The notes under the pieces: generated by a model
The model's database searches: none
Told to the model about the DNA's origin: nothing
Seen by the model: the letters and a program-made list of their open reading frames with translations, nothing else
NCBI RefSeq assembly: GCF_963921235.1
Contig: NC_086097.1
Location: 163,124,001-163,188,000, forward strand
Reading direction: 5' to 3'
DNA from: Mobula hypostoma
Lineage: Eukaryota
DNA: 64,000 nt
Position numbers and translations under genes: made by a program
Shown: piece by piece, positions 1 through 12,780 of the stretch
Layout: each line of letters starts with the position of its first letter
Numbering within the stretch: position 1 is the first letter of the stretch

Positions 1-190
1 TACAGCATAGAAAAGAAGCTATTTGACCCAACTAGTCTATTTTGACCAAGTTGCCTAACTGAGCTAATCCCGGAGCCTGTGTTTGATCCATATCCCTCTG
101 AACCTTCCCTGTCCATGCATCTGTCTAAATGTCTTTTAAACATCAGAATTGTTCCTGTTTCTATGACCTTCTCCACCAGCTCGTTCCTTC
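1..190 (-). mobile_element. CR1-type LINE 3'-end remnant
   Basis: Resembles the reverse complement of the CR1 3' ends elsewhere in the window (e.g. 'catctgtctaaatgtcttttaaa', compare 47130-47160); highly decayed. Confidence 0.5.
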
Positions 191-1080
191 TCTTCAAGGT
201 CTCTCCCTACCTGCATGACCTTGATATGTATTTGTCTACCTTTAAAATCTTACTCTGAATCTATCTTCAATGCAGCTTCAGCCTTCTCGATCAGATTGTA
301 ATACACCAGAGTAGGAGTAGGCCATTTCCTCTCAACCCCATTCTCCTGCCTTCTCCCTGTAACCTCTGACATACTTAATAAGCAATTACATATCAACCTC
401 TGTTTTAAGTATACCCAACGATTTGGCCTTCATACTTCATAGTCCACTGTGGCAATGAATTCTACAAATTCACCACCATCTGGCTAAATAAATTCCTCTC
501 CATCTCTGTTCCAAAGGGACATCCTTTTTATTATGAAGCTGTAACCTCGAGTTCGAGACTCTTCCACTGCCGGGAACATCCTCTCCATGTCCACTCTATC
601 CAAGTTTTTCAATATTCAGGAGGTTTCAAGCTAGAGCTACTAGGACTTGATATTTCAATCCCCGTGGCAAGTCAGCACTCTCCATGTTGGCAGTGGGCTT
701 GGAGTGGTGACAAGGAGGGAGGGTAGGTACATCATCGGGGTCATCAGGTGGGCACCCTCCTTCTTTGACGTTTCGTTGATAAGCCCACGACGTCTCCAGA
801 GGGCTCAACGGTGCTACCTGGTGTCCCAGATACACCCCCTTCAGTGCCATACCCTCCTGTCTTCATCATGCAGCCCAGTTGTTGTCTTTCCTTTTAATCC
901 AAATCAATGTGATTCAGTGAGTTAAGGATTTGTAGTATTCTAAACTCCAGTTAGTACACACCCAGAGCCATCAAACGTTCCTCATACATTAACCCTTTCA
1001 TCCCTGGGATCATACTCAAATCTCTTCTGGACCCTCTCCAACACTTCATAGATATGGGGCCCAAAACTGCTCACTATGCT

Positions 1081-3340
1081 TTACAACAGGAACTCTGCAG
1101 ATGCTGGAAATTCAAGCAACACACATCAAAGTTGCTGGTGAACGCAGCAGGCCAGGCAGCATCTGTAGGAAGAGGTGCAGTCGATGTTTCAGGCCGAGAC
1201 CCTTCGTCAGGACTAACTGAAGGAAGAGTGAGTAAGGGATTTGAAAGTTGGAGGGGGAGGGGGAGATCCAAAATGATAGGAGAAGACAGGAGGGGGAGGG
1301 ATAGAGCCAAGAACTGGACAGGTGATAGGCAAAAGGGGATACGAGAGGATCATGGGACAGGAGGTCCGGGAAGAAAGACAGGGGGGGGCCTAGAGGATGG
1401 GCAAGAGGTATATTCAGAGGGACAGAGGGAGAAAAAGGAGAGTGAGAGAAAGAATGTGTGCATAAAAATAAGTAACAGATGGGGTACGATGGGGAGGTGG
1501 GGCATTAGCGGAAGTTAGAGAAGTCGATGTTCATGCCATCAGGTTGGAGGCTACCCAGACAGAATATAAGGTGTTGTTCCTCCAACCTGAGTGTAGCTTC
1601 ATCTTTACAGTAGAGGAGGCCATGGATAGACATATCAGAATGGGAATGGGATGTGGAATTAAAATGTGTGGCCACTGGGAGATCCTGCTTTCTCTGGCGG
1701 ACAGAGCGTAGATGTTCAGCAAAGCGGTCTCCCAGTCTGCGTCGGGTCTCGCCAATATATAAAAGGCCACATCGGGAGCACCGGACGCAGTATATCACCC
1801 CAGTCGACTCACAGGTGAAGTGTTGCCTCACCTGGAAGGACTGTTTGGGGCCCTGAATGGTGGTAAGGGAGGAAGTGTAAGGGCATGTGTAGCACTTGTT
1901 CCGCTTACACGGATAAGTGCCAGGAGGGAGATCAGTGGGGAGGGATGGGAGGGACGAATGGACAAGGGAGTTGCGTAGGGAGCGATCCCTGCGGAATGCA
2001 GGGGGGGGGGAGGGAAAGATGTGCTTAGTGGTGGGATCCCGTTGGAGGTGGCGGAAGTTACGGAGAATAATATGTTGGACCCGGAGGCTGGTGGGGTGGT
2101 AGGTGAGGACCAGGGGAACCCTATTCCTAGTGGGGTGGCGGGAGGATGGAGTGAGAGCAGATGTACGTGAAATGGGGGAGACGTATTTAAGAGCAGAGTT
2201 GATAGTGGAGGAAGGGAAGCCTCGTCCTAGAATGAAAAGCCTCATCCTGAGAGCAGATGCGGCAGAGACGGAGGAATTGCGAGAAGGGGATGGCATTTTT
2301 GTAAGAGACAGGGTGAGAAGAGGAATAGTCCAGATAGCTGTGAGAGTCAGTAGGCTTATAGTAGACATCAGTGAATAAGCTGTCTCCAGAGACAGAGACA
2401 GAAAGATCTAGAAAGGGGAGAGAGGTGTCAGAAATGGACCAGGTAAACTTGAGGGCAGGGTGAAAGTTGGAGGCAAAGTTAATAAAGTCAACGAGTTCTG
2501 CATGCGTGCAGGAAGCAGCGCCAATGCAGTCGTCGATGTAGCGAAGGAAAAGTGGGGGACAGATACCAGAATAGGCACGGAACATAGATTGTTCAACAAA
2601 CCCAACAAAAAGGCAGGCATAGCTAGGACCCATACGGGTGCCCATAGCTACACCTTTAGTTTGGAGGAAGTGGGAGGAGCCAAAGAAGAAATTATTAAGA
2701 GTAAGGACTAATTCCGCTAGACAGAGCAGAGTGGTGGTAGAGGGGAACTGATTAGGTCTGGAATCCACAAAGAAGCAGAGAGCTTTGAGACCTTCCTGAT
2801 GGGGGATGGAAGTATATAAGGACTGGACATCCATGGTGAAAATAAAGCGGTGGGGCCAGGGAACTTAAAATCATCGAAAAGTTTAAGAGCGTGAGAAGTG
2901 TCACGAACATAGGTCGGAAGGGATTGAACAAGGGGGGATAAAACCGTGTCGAGGTATGCAGAAACGCAGTTCGGTGGGGCAGGAGCAAGCTGAATCAATA
3001 GGTCAGCCAGGACAGGCAGGTTTGTGGATCTTGGGTAGGAGGTAGAAACAGGAAGTGCGGGGTGTGGGAACTATAAGGTTGGTAGCAGTGGATGGGAGAT
3101 CCCCTGAGCGGATAAAGTCGGTGATGGTATGGGAGACAGTGGCCTGGTGCTCCTTAGTGGGGTCACGATCGAGGGGTAAATAAGAGGAGGTATCCGCGAG
3201 TTGTCGCTGTGCCTCAGCAAGGTAGAGGTCAGTACGCCAGACTACAACAGCACCCCGCTTATCGGCGGGTTTAATAATGTTAGGATTAGTGCGGAGGGAG
3301 TGGAGAGCAGAGCGTTCCAAAGGAGTGAGGTTGGAATGGG
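1081..3340 (-). mobile_element. Penelope-like element (RT + GIY-YIG endonuclease; Neptune-like), 5'-truncated and frameshifted
   Basis: ORF pieces 3003-3320 (IKPADKRGAVVV), 2717-2998, 2187-2834 (MDVQSLYTSIP, GVAMGTRMGPSYA, RYIDD) and 1505-2368 (Cys motif CKRNKCYTC, GVIYCVRC..LYIGET..RFAEH). The 3' tail 1081-1504 carries a hammerhead motif. Confidence 0.92.
1179..1214 (-). ncRNA. Minimal type I hammerhead ribozyme motif in Penelope 3' tail
   Basis: Minus strand reads AGTC-CTGACGA-AGG GTCTCGG CCT-GAAA-C-ATC-GACT: CUGANGA and GAAA cores, stem I AGUC/GACU, stem II, NUH triplet AUC. Confidence 0.7.
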
Positions 3341-3639
3341 GACAAGGAATGCTTTAGTTAGTTTTCCAATATCTTATAAAGCCTCAGCATTATATCCATG
3401 TGTTTATATTCTAGTCCTCTCAAAATGAATGCCAACATTGCACTTCCCTTCCTTTCTACTAACTCAGCCTATTAAGTTATTTGTTAGGGAATCCTGCACC
3501 AGGAACCCGTCCCTTTGCATTTCCAAAGTCCCCCTGCTTTCTGAATTCTCTTCCCTTTTCGAAAATAGTCTATGCTTTCTCATAGTATTCATAGTTCTTG
3601 TACCCTCATATTATTACTAGAAATAATATCTCCTCCTCA

Positions 3640-3875
3640 CTGATAATCAACGCAGGCACACCTCAAATATGCATGTTTAGCCCATTGCTCTACACTCTGT
3701 ACACTTATGACTGTGGCTAGGTACAGCTCAAATACCATCTATAAATATGCCAGTGACACAAATATTGCTGGCAGAACCCCCGATGGTGACAAGGAGGCAT
3801 AAAGGAGTGAGACAGATACGTTGTCTGAGTGGTGTCGCAACAACAACATAGCACTCAACATCAATAAGACCAACA
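3640..3875 (+). mobile_element. Rex1/Babar-like non-LTR RT fragment
   Basis: 'ttagcccattgctctacactctgtacacttatgactgt...' (SPLLYTLYTYDC) is homologous to the minus-strand copy at 30016-30270. Confidence 0.65.
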
Positions 3876-4884
3876 CTGGCTAGGTGGCCTATAATTCCCT
3901 GGCTTTTGCCTGCCTCGCTTCTAAAAGGATGAAGCAACATTTGCAATTTTCCAGTCCTCTGGAACCATTCCTGGCTCCCGTGATTTTTGAAAGATCACTA
4001 CTATTGCACAGTCTCTTCAGCTACCTCTTTTAAAAGGGCTATGTAGTTCATCTCGTCCAAGTGCTTTAATCTGGTCCACATTCATTCCTTTCAGCTTCCC
4101 AAGGACCTTCTTATTAATAGCAACTACATCCACCTCTGCACATCACCCCCACCCAATTCTCTCGAATTTCTGGCATGTTGCTGGTATCCTCCACTGTAAA
4201 GTCTAAACAAAATTCTTATTCAGTTCAACTACCATTCCATTTCTTTGCTCTCCATTACTAATTCTCCCACATCGATTTACAACGGCTTGATGTCAACCCT
4301 TACCTCTTTGTTTCTTTACTTCCTGGAAAATCTTTTGTTATACTCTTTTATATGATTACTGCAGCTTTTCCAGCAAATCCAACCTCCCACCTGGCCCCAA
4401 CAGAAATTAACTCCATTTGAGTATGAAAATGCAAGTTCAGTGTTAGATAAGGTGTAGCAATTCAACTAGATCCATAGCTAGAAGAAATGCCAAACACTTC
4501 TGTCTACAGAAGGTGAAGACACCACTCACAATGGTAACCATGACAGACTCAGCAAATGCTGGCACAATATGATTGGTTCAGGCCAGCTTATGGTTGTTTT
4601 CTCACAAAGAATTCCTCTGTAGGAATGTTGAAAACCCTGCTGTTACAATCCGAAAATCTAAAAAGGCCCAACTCCAAAGGCTAAAAAAACTGACGGTCAC
4701 TGAAATAGTAAATAGCTAATAATGCTTTCTCTGCCTAAAGCAGGGAAGTTAATTAAATCCATATAACTTCAGGATCAAATTCTGAACAAGTTAACCTGGG
4801 AGAGGTTATGTTTATATGAGTGGGGGTGGGAGGGGGGGGGAAGGTTGAGGGGAGGCAGAGGGCAGTGATTCCAAGACTAACTTC

Positions 4885-5115
4885 TGTTTACTTATTGAGA
4901 TATAGCGCGAAGTAGACCCTTCTGGCCTTCAAGGTTGTACTGCCCAGCAACCCCTCATTTAACCCTAGCTTAATTATGGGCCAAATTAAAATGACCAATT
5001 AACCTACCAACCAGACTGTGGGTGGGAAAACTCACGTGGTCATGGGGAGAACATGCAAACTCCTAACAACCAGCTGTCTGGACTGTAAAGAGTTGTGCAG
5101 CATGTTGCCCCACTG
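4885..5115 (-). mobile_element. Decayed tRNA-derived SINE (HE1-like)
   Basis: Colinear with the SINE at 44720-44978 ('aatgaccaattaacctaccaacc', 'tggtcatggggagaacatgcaaactcct'). Confidence 0.65.
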
Positions 5116-7224
5116 CACTGTGTCACTAGAATTGACTCAGATGGGAACTTCCATTACCAGTGGCACTAATCTCACTGTAAATTAAAACTATTGTTATGTA
5201 ACTATATCTTAATCAGTGTATTTATCCGAGTTGTATCTCAGTGTATTTATTGCCTAGCTTTTAGTGGTAGAAATTGTCGCAGTTTGTTTACCTTGTCCTT
5301 ATAGTTGACTATTGTACAGTAGGAAAAATTGACCTTGTACTCCGTACATCTGCTGTTAAATCATACATGTTGCCCAACTATCAGTTCATTGGGTTGGCAA
5401 TAAATACTCGGCAATTCTAAATTGGCAATGGCAGACAGTTCGACTTTGTACCTTTTACGGTTACACTCATCTACAGCCAGACTTTGGACCAGAGACTTCT
5501 TTGGATTTTGGCCTCTAAATCTTCAGTCACACTTTCATTGTATACTTTCAAGTAGATTTGGAGGGCTAGATGGAAGGGTGCATTATCCCATGTATTTCCG
5601 GCATCTGCAGAACCTCTTTTGTGTTTATGCAATACCACGTTTTTTTTCCCCGGCACATCGCAACGGTATTTTCAGAATTAGAATTTGTAAAGTGGAGTTG
5701 AGAAGACGGATTTAAAAATTTCCACTGTGAATATCATTTAATTTTGAGTTTACCTTTGAATTAATATTGCAGTTCTTGGCAGTTTCATATTAATGGCACC
5801 CCTTCACATGAATTAACATCCTATCACCAACTCGGCTACACATGACAAAGGTGGCACAGTTTGTAGCTGAGTATTTCACCTTTGCAAGACTCCAAATAAA
5901 TAAAAATTTTAAAGGCACTGTGCAATAGGAAGCCATTGTTGTACTGCACTTTTATCCACAGTAACCAAAGGCAATTTTTTGAAATTTTGAAGACCTTTCT
6001 GATCAAAATATTTCAACTCTTGGGATCCCTAAGAAGTGAATAATTTAAGCCCTGACTCTATTATTGAGGACACGCGGCACACACGTGCAGGAGTGAAGGG
6101 AGAGCAGTGTCCGAAGGAAGCAGACTTCTGTTTAAACACCACTGTAGATTCCAGATATAAAAGCACCAAGAAAATTTTGATTCATACCAAATGCACATGT
6201 GCAACTGATGCTTAATAAAATTTAACTCATCGTTGAATACTCAGTACAGTATTGATCTTTTGGAAAATATTCGTAATTAAAACAAGATATATATTGCTTT
6301 TAAAAGATTACCATACAATAGGAGGATTACATCAACATCTTTTCATGGTTCAAATAGTGACAAGGTCTTTGAGTATAACAATGGATTTAAAATTTTTGAC
6401 AAATGTTTCAATTGTTAAATTAGATAATGTTATGGTTAAAAGGGTCGTGTACCTTAAAGCTTCTAAATTCTGATCACATTCAGTGATCCTGATCAATTTG
6501 CAACACTTTGATGCAAATTGCTTGAACTGATTTTTCAGTGAATTATATTTTTTAATATGACATATTCAACAGTTTAATGTATAGTTAAGGCAAAAATAAA
6601 GCACCGGCTACTCTCTAAGCATGCTGGAGTGTAGAAATGATTAAGTCACAGATCTGTGATTTATCTAAACAGGGTGCAAGCTAAAACGCAGCCATCTACA
6701 GGGAACAATACACTAAAGGGGCTTGGAATTTTAATGGGAAGTGTCTGAAACTATCAGCCAATTTAATCCAGTAGTATTTGATAAGCAATTCACTGAGATA
6801 AAAGCATTGGTCTGCGTCACCCTGAGTGCTACAGGGAGTGGCTCACTGAGGAAGCAAATTTGCTCTGCTTTAGAGGAGTGCGCATTAGATTAAATTTAGC
6901 TGGTAATGAAAAGGCATTTTAATTTGCATATACTGATTTGGTATGTGCACTGAAGGCCATTGAATTGTTTGCCGCCTTACACTCGAGTCTTCAGGGAAGA
7001 CTTTCACCTATAATTTTTTGCCCAAGATGGACTGTTTCCTGAACCAGAATAGAAATCACCACAAAACATACTGGGAGTAAGTTTATCCACTAGAATCCAG
7101 TTGGGAAAGCCTACACTCAGTAAGAAATGTTTGGGTTATGCAGTTAACTACTTGTTAATAGATGCACAAGCTGAGCTCTTGTTTTCTGCATGTGAGCTCC
7201 CAGGGTGACGTATAAGCAGACTTA

Positions 7225-7400
7225 GGCTACGTCCACACTACGCCGGATAATTTTGAAAACGCCGGTTTCGAGTAAAAACGACAGGCGTCCACACTAAGCG
7301 TTTTTCAAAATATCTCCGTCCACATTAGACGGACATTTAGGCATGCGCAGGACACAGAGAAAACAAGCGAAGAGGAAACGATATACTTGGTGCGTGTTTG
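7225..7400. mobile_element. PIF/Harbinger-like DNA transposon terminus (one end only)
   Basis: TTA followed by GGCTACGTCCACACTA, a Harbinger-type terminal motif after a TWA target. Internal repeats of 'cgtccaca' (7229, 7286, 7317); CpG-rich. No matching right-hand TIR seen. Confidence 0.55.
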
Positions 7401-7504
7401 TCCAGTTACAGAGGAACTGCTAGCCCTTCACATTACCATAAAAGGCAATCTACTGACATGGAAATCTTAAGGCTACTACATTGTAAAAGATGTAATACAA
7501 TTAA

Positions 7505-8085
7505 TAGAACACAGAATAGTACACCACAGGCCCTTCGGCCCCCAATGTTGTGCCGACCCTCAAACCCTGCCTCCCATAAAACCGCCACCTTAAATTCCTC
7601 CATATACCTGTCTAGTAGTTTCTTAAATTTCACTAGTGTATCTGCCTCCACTACTCAGGCAGTGCATTCCACGCACCAACCACTCTCTGAGTAAAAAACC
7701 TTCCTCTAATATCCCCCTTGAACTTCCCACCCCTTACCTTAAAGCCATGTCCTCTTGTATTGAGCAGTGGTGCCCTGGGGAAGAGGCGCTGGCTATCCAC
7801 TCTATCTATTCCTCTTATTATCTTGTACACCTCTATCATGTCTCCTCTCAACCTCCTTCTCTCCAGAGAGTAAAGCCTTAGCTCCCTTAATCTCTGATCA
7901 TAATCCATACTCTCTAAACCAGGCAGCATCCTGGTAAATCTCCTCTCTACCCTTTCCAATACTTCCATATCCTTCATATAGTGAGGCGACCAGAACTGGA
8001 TACAGTACTCCAAGTGTGGCCTAACCAGAGTTTTATAGAGCTGCATCATTACCTCGCGACTCTTAAACTATATCCCTCGACTTAT
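7505..8085 (-). mobile_element. CR1 LINE 3' fragment
   Basis: ORF 7651-8049 LYKTLVRPHLEYCIQFWSP...ERRRLRGDMIEVYKII...FFTQRVVGAWNALP is a typical CR1 ORF2 C-terminus, followed by the 3' UTR. Confidence 0.92.
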
Positions 8086-9591
8086 GATAAAGTGTTGCAT
8101 TGTAATTTGAACTCTTACAGGTTTAGTAACTTCGGACCACAGTCACTTCCACTCACTCCCTTCTCTGCTAATTGACAATAACCAACGTGACTACTCTACT
8201 TTGATTCTTCCGTTTAATACCAAGTGAACCAGTGGACATGCACATGGAGTAAGTGTGGGCAAATACTGACCAAAATGATCAGCCACAATCAGACTGAATT
8301 GCAGAGCAGGCATGAGAAGCCGAGCAGACTGTTCCAACTCCTATTCTTACTTGTGATTCAAATTTCACTACAACTCCTCTTTGTCTCGCTACTTGGGATT
8401 TGATGGATAGCATTTTCTGACCCAAAGCAATCCTGTTAACTTTGTTGTGAGGTGAGTTCAAGCTGTTTGGTGACACAAGAGATTGCAGTTGCTCAAATCG
8501 AGACAATCTGCTGCAGGAACTCAGTGGTTAAAGGAGGATTTGTGGGAGGAAAGGATGTTTTGGGTCTTAATGAAACATCTCTCAGATGCTGCTTAACCTG
8601 CTGAGATCCCCCAGCAATTTTTTTTTTATGGTCCTGTCAATTTGCTCGTGGCTGCGGATCAGTTATTTCCTCTGATTCAAAGGGCTGTATGTTCAGAGAC
8701 TTAAGCGTAGAAATTTACACTAATAATCTGCTGCAGTACTAATGCTGCCTTTCGGATACGTTGTCAAGCTGATACCTTGACAATTTTCTCAGAAGGATAT
8801 ACAAGATGCCCTGGCACTATTTCAAAGACGAGCAGGTTAATTACACCTGCTATCCTGGCGAACATATATTCTCACTCGACATCACTAAAATGGCTTATTT
8901 GATTTTCATCACTTTCATCTTTGTGGATAGCTCAAAATGCCGAGTTTATTGACACATGTATGCACAGGTGCACTGAAAAAATTACTTGCAGCAGCATCAC
9001 AGGCACAAAGCACAAGAGAAGCAGGATTCATGAGAACATAAAATATCCATAATTTTTAAATCAGAAATCTCAATTAGTACAAAAAAATCCATTTTAGTGC
9101 ACAGTGATCAAAGTGGCCGTAGTGTTGCTAAACTGAAGTGTTTAGGGTTGTACTTGCCTGTAGTGAATAGGGTTTTACCAGTTGGTCCAAGAACCAAATG
9201 CTTGAAGGGAAGTTGCTGTTCACTGATTGCAAGTTGCTGCAATGCCTCATTACATTATAGCAGCGATTCCCACGATATTTGACTGGCTGTAAGCCTTTTT
9301 GGTTCCTGATATTGATGTGAATGATGCTGTATAAATGCAACTCTTGCTTTTCTATTTTTTTTTTAAACTCAATGTCATTACCACCAAACATTATATAAAA
9401 ATGAAACATCTCTAACCTTACAGGGAAGGATCTGGGGGAAATCAAAACGGCAGTTTTCCTACAATGTTTTGCAATCCAAGACTTCAAAGTTTTTCCTTCA
9501 AGATTTAATTCACAGAACCTCTACTGAAAGCAAAAGACCAGAAAATATTTTTATCATCTTGCATCAAACATTTAATCATAAGGGAAGATAT

Positions 9592-11845
9592 TATAGAAAC
9601 ATAGAAAATAGGTGCAGGAGTAGGCCATTCGGCCCTTCGAGCCTGCACCGCCATTTATTATGATCATGGCTGATCATCCAACTCAGAACCCCGCCCCAGC
9701 CTTCCCTCCATACCCCCTGACCCCCGTAGCCACAAGGGCCATATCTAACTCCCTCTTAAATATAGCCAATGAACTGGCCTCAACTGTTTCCTGTGGCAGA
9801 GAATTCCACAGATTCACCACTCTCTGTGTGAAGAAGTTTTTCCTAATCTCTGTCCTAAAAGGCTTCCCCTCTATCCTTAAACTGTGGCCCCTCGTTCTGG
9901 ACTTCCCCATCATCGGGAACAATCTTCCTGCATCGAGCCTGTCCAATCCCTTTAGGATCTTATACGTTTCAATCAGATCCCCCCCTCAATCTTCTAAATT
10001 CCAACGAGTACAAGCCCAGTTCATCCAGTCTTTCTTCATATGAAAGTCCTGCCATCCCAGGAATCAATCTGGTGAATCTTCTTTGTACTCCCTCTATGGC
10101 AAGGATATCTTTCCTCAGATTAGGGGACCAAAACTGCACACAATACTCCAGGTGTGGTCTCACCAAGGCCTTGTACAACTGCAGTAGTACCTCCCTGCTC
10201 CTGTACTCGAATCCTCTCGCTATAAGTGCCAGCATACCATTCGCCTTTTTCACCGCCTGCTGTACCTGCATGCCCACTTTCAATGACTGGTGTATAATGA
10301 CACCCAGGTCTCGTTGCACCTCCCCTTTTCCTAATCGGCCACCATTCAGATAATAATCTGTTTTCCTATTTTTGCCACCAAAGTGGATAACTTCACATTT
10401 ATCCACATTAAATTGCATCTGCCATGAATTTGCCCACTCACCCAACCTATCCAAGTCACCCTGCATCCTCTTAGCATCCTCCTCACAGCTAACACTGCCA
10501 CCCAGCTTCGTGTCATCCGCAAACTTGGGAGATGCTGCATTTAATTCCCTCATCCAAGTCATTAATATATATTGTAAACAACTGGGGTCCCAGCACTGAG
10601 CCTTGCGGTACCCCACTAGTCACCGCCTGCCATCCTGAAAAGGTCCTGTTTATTCCCACTCTTTGCTTCCTGTCTGCTAACCAATTCTCCACCCATGCCA
10701 ATACCTTACCCCCAATACCGTGTGCTTTAAGTTTGCACACTAATCTCCTGTGTGGGACCTTGTCAAAAGCCTTTTGAAAATCCAAATATACCACATCCAC
10801 TGGTTCTCCCCTATCCACTCTACTAGTTACATCCTCAAAAAATTCAATGAAATTCGTCAGACATGATTTTCCTTTCACAAATCCATGCTGACTTTGTCCG
10901 ATCATTTCACCGCTTTCCAAATGTGCTGTTATCACATCCTTGATAACTGACTCCAGCAGTTTCCCCACCACCGACGTTAAGCTAACCGGTCTATAATTCC
11001 CCGGTTTCTCTCTCCCTCCTTTTTTAAAAAGTGGAGTTACATTAGCCACCCTCCAATCCTCAGGAACTAGTCCAGAATCTAACGAGTTTTGAAAAATTAT
11101 CACTAATGCATCCACTATTTCTTGGGCTACTTCCTTAAGCACTCTAGGATGCAGACCATCTGGCCCTGGGGATTTATCTGCCTTCAATCCCTTCAATTTA
11201 CCTAACACCACTTCCCTACTAACATGTATTTCGCTCAGTTCCTCCATCTCACTGGACCCTCTGTCCCCTACTATTTCTGGAAGATTATTTATGTCCTCCT
11301 TAGTGAAGACAGAACCAAAGTAATTATTCAATTGGTCTGCCATGTCCTTGCTCCCCATAATCAATTCACCTGTTTCTGTCTGCAGGGGACCTACATTTGT
11401 CTTTACCAGTCTTTTCCTTTTTACATATCTATAAAAGCTTTTACAGTCCGTTTTTATGTTCCCTGCCAGTTTTCTCTCATAATCTTTTTTCCCCTTCCTA
11501 ATTAAGCCCTTTGTCCTCCTCTGCTGAACTCTGAATTTCTCCCAGTCCTCAGGTGAGCCACTTTCTCTGGCTAATTTGTATGCTTCTTCTTTGGAATTGA
11601 TACTATCCCTAATTTCTCTTGTCAGCCACGGGTGCACTACCTTCCTTGATTTATTCTTTTGCCAAACTGGGATGAACAATTGTTGTAGTTCATCCATGCA
11701 ACCTTTAAATGCTTGCCATTGCATATCCACCGTCAATCCTTTAAGTGTCATTTGCCAGTCTATCTTAGCTAATTCACGTCTCATACCTTCAAAGTTACCC
11801 CTCTTTAAGTTCAGAACCTTTGTTTCTGAATTAACTATATCACTC
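9592..11845 (-). mobile_element. Young 5'-truncated CR1 LINE (ORF2 RT)
   Basis: ORFs 10513-11967 (KSPGPDGLHP, NYRPVSLTS, YLDFQKAFDKV, GVPQGSVLGP), 9969-10616 (KFADDTK) and 9683-9946. Only two frameshifts. 3' tail is (TTTCTATG)n-like at ~9592-9610. Residues encoded by 11846-11967 are flanking run-in. Confidence 0.95.
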
Positions 11846-12619
11846 TGCACTATGTCATTATGCAATGAATTTAATACCATTTTATCCCCTACATAATTTG
11901 CCGCAAGGTTCTTTTCCAGTAGATGTTCAAGGATAAATCTATTCATTGTGAAGTCTGAATAGTTCACTTAAAGACTTACAGAAAATTATACTCGCAGATG
12001 CTCAATAGAAAAGGGACTAATTCAGGAAACTGAATTGGGAATTGGAAATATTTAAGATTTCAAATGTACAGCTCATCTTCCTTCCAGACTTTCCACACTT
12101 AAAGCCATTGATTTGATCACCTTGGAACAGAAAGTGGAAGTTCTTCCAATGTGAAGTACAAACATGGAAAGAGAAGCCAGCTGTTTGAATCTGTTTTGCT
12201 GTCCAAAGCCTCTCTCCTTTTGACAGACTATATGAAAAAACGGCAGCCGTGAAATAGATACAGGTTGTCATGGAGACAAGTATCAAGAAGCAGATGCATA
12301 ATTTCCAGAGCGGTCTGTTAATAATGGGGATGAGTAAGAATTTAAAGGCTCTTTCCTTGAACAATGAAGTGTGAAATGTGAGGAAGAGGAAAATGTGAGA
12401 AGCAGCATCAGCAATTCACTGGCAGAAGGGATTGGTGGATGAATGAAAACAAATGCTGGAAGAGAACAGGAAGATGTAAAGCATAGAAACTAAATGAAAA
12501 GGACAGGGGGATGAGGTGGGGTGGGATGCTTCAATGAGAAAGCCACCCAAGATTAAGATCAACCATAAATGAAAACTGGAAAATCCAATGAAGCCTTTTT
12601 GTTTCATTCCTATCTCCAA

Positions 12620-12780
12620 GCACATTCTGCTGGAGGAACTCAGCAAGTCAGGCAGCATTATTGGAGGGAAAAGAACCAGTCTCCACTGTCCATTTACCCC
12701 AAAGATGCTGCCTGAGTTACTGAGCTCCTCCAACGTCTTCTTCATTGGTTCGGTTTCCTGCAACTACAGCATCTTTTGTC
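12620..12780. mobile_element. Penelope-tail-derived fold-back short element
   Basis: 'gctggaggaactcagcaagtcaggcagcat' and its near reverse complement 'atgctgcctgagttactgagctcctccaac' flank a short spacer. Confidence 0.6.

Larger units (their letters stand above)
305..4350 (-). mobile_element. Old CR1 LINE (RT C-terminus/3' UTR) split by later insertions at ~626-925, 1081-3340 and 3640-3875
   Basis: Segments 305-625, 925-1080, 3345-3630 and 3875-4350 match, in order, the CR1 copies at 20040-21790 and 58715-61487 (e.g. 'aaatgaatgccaacattgca', rc encodes AMLAFI; 'caattttccagtcctctggaaccattcc'). Confidence 0.7.

Noticed and set aside
1054..1518. ORFs 1054-1518, 47892-48329, 48224-48610, 55859-56179, 31384-32031 and 31718-32179
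   Set aside because: Antisense or UTR frames of Penelope and Gypsy elements.
5422..5715. ORFs 5422-5715 (+) and 5471-5656 (-) in unique DNA
   Set aside because: No recognisable protein and not laminin exon 2; consistent with chance ORFs.
11846..11967. Apparent novel N-terminus on the 484-aa CR1 ORF
   Set aside because: Flanking sequence that happens to be open upstream of a 5'-truncated LINE; no evidence of a fusion gene.
12227..12333. Exon-like segment on the + strand (polypyrimidine-CAG ... GTAAG)
   Set aside because: Stops in all three frames and antisense to the inferred gene; cannot be supported without RNA data.
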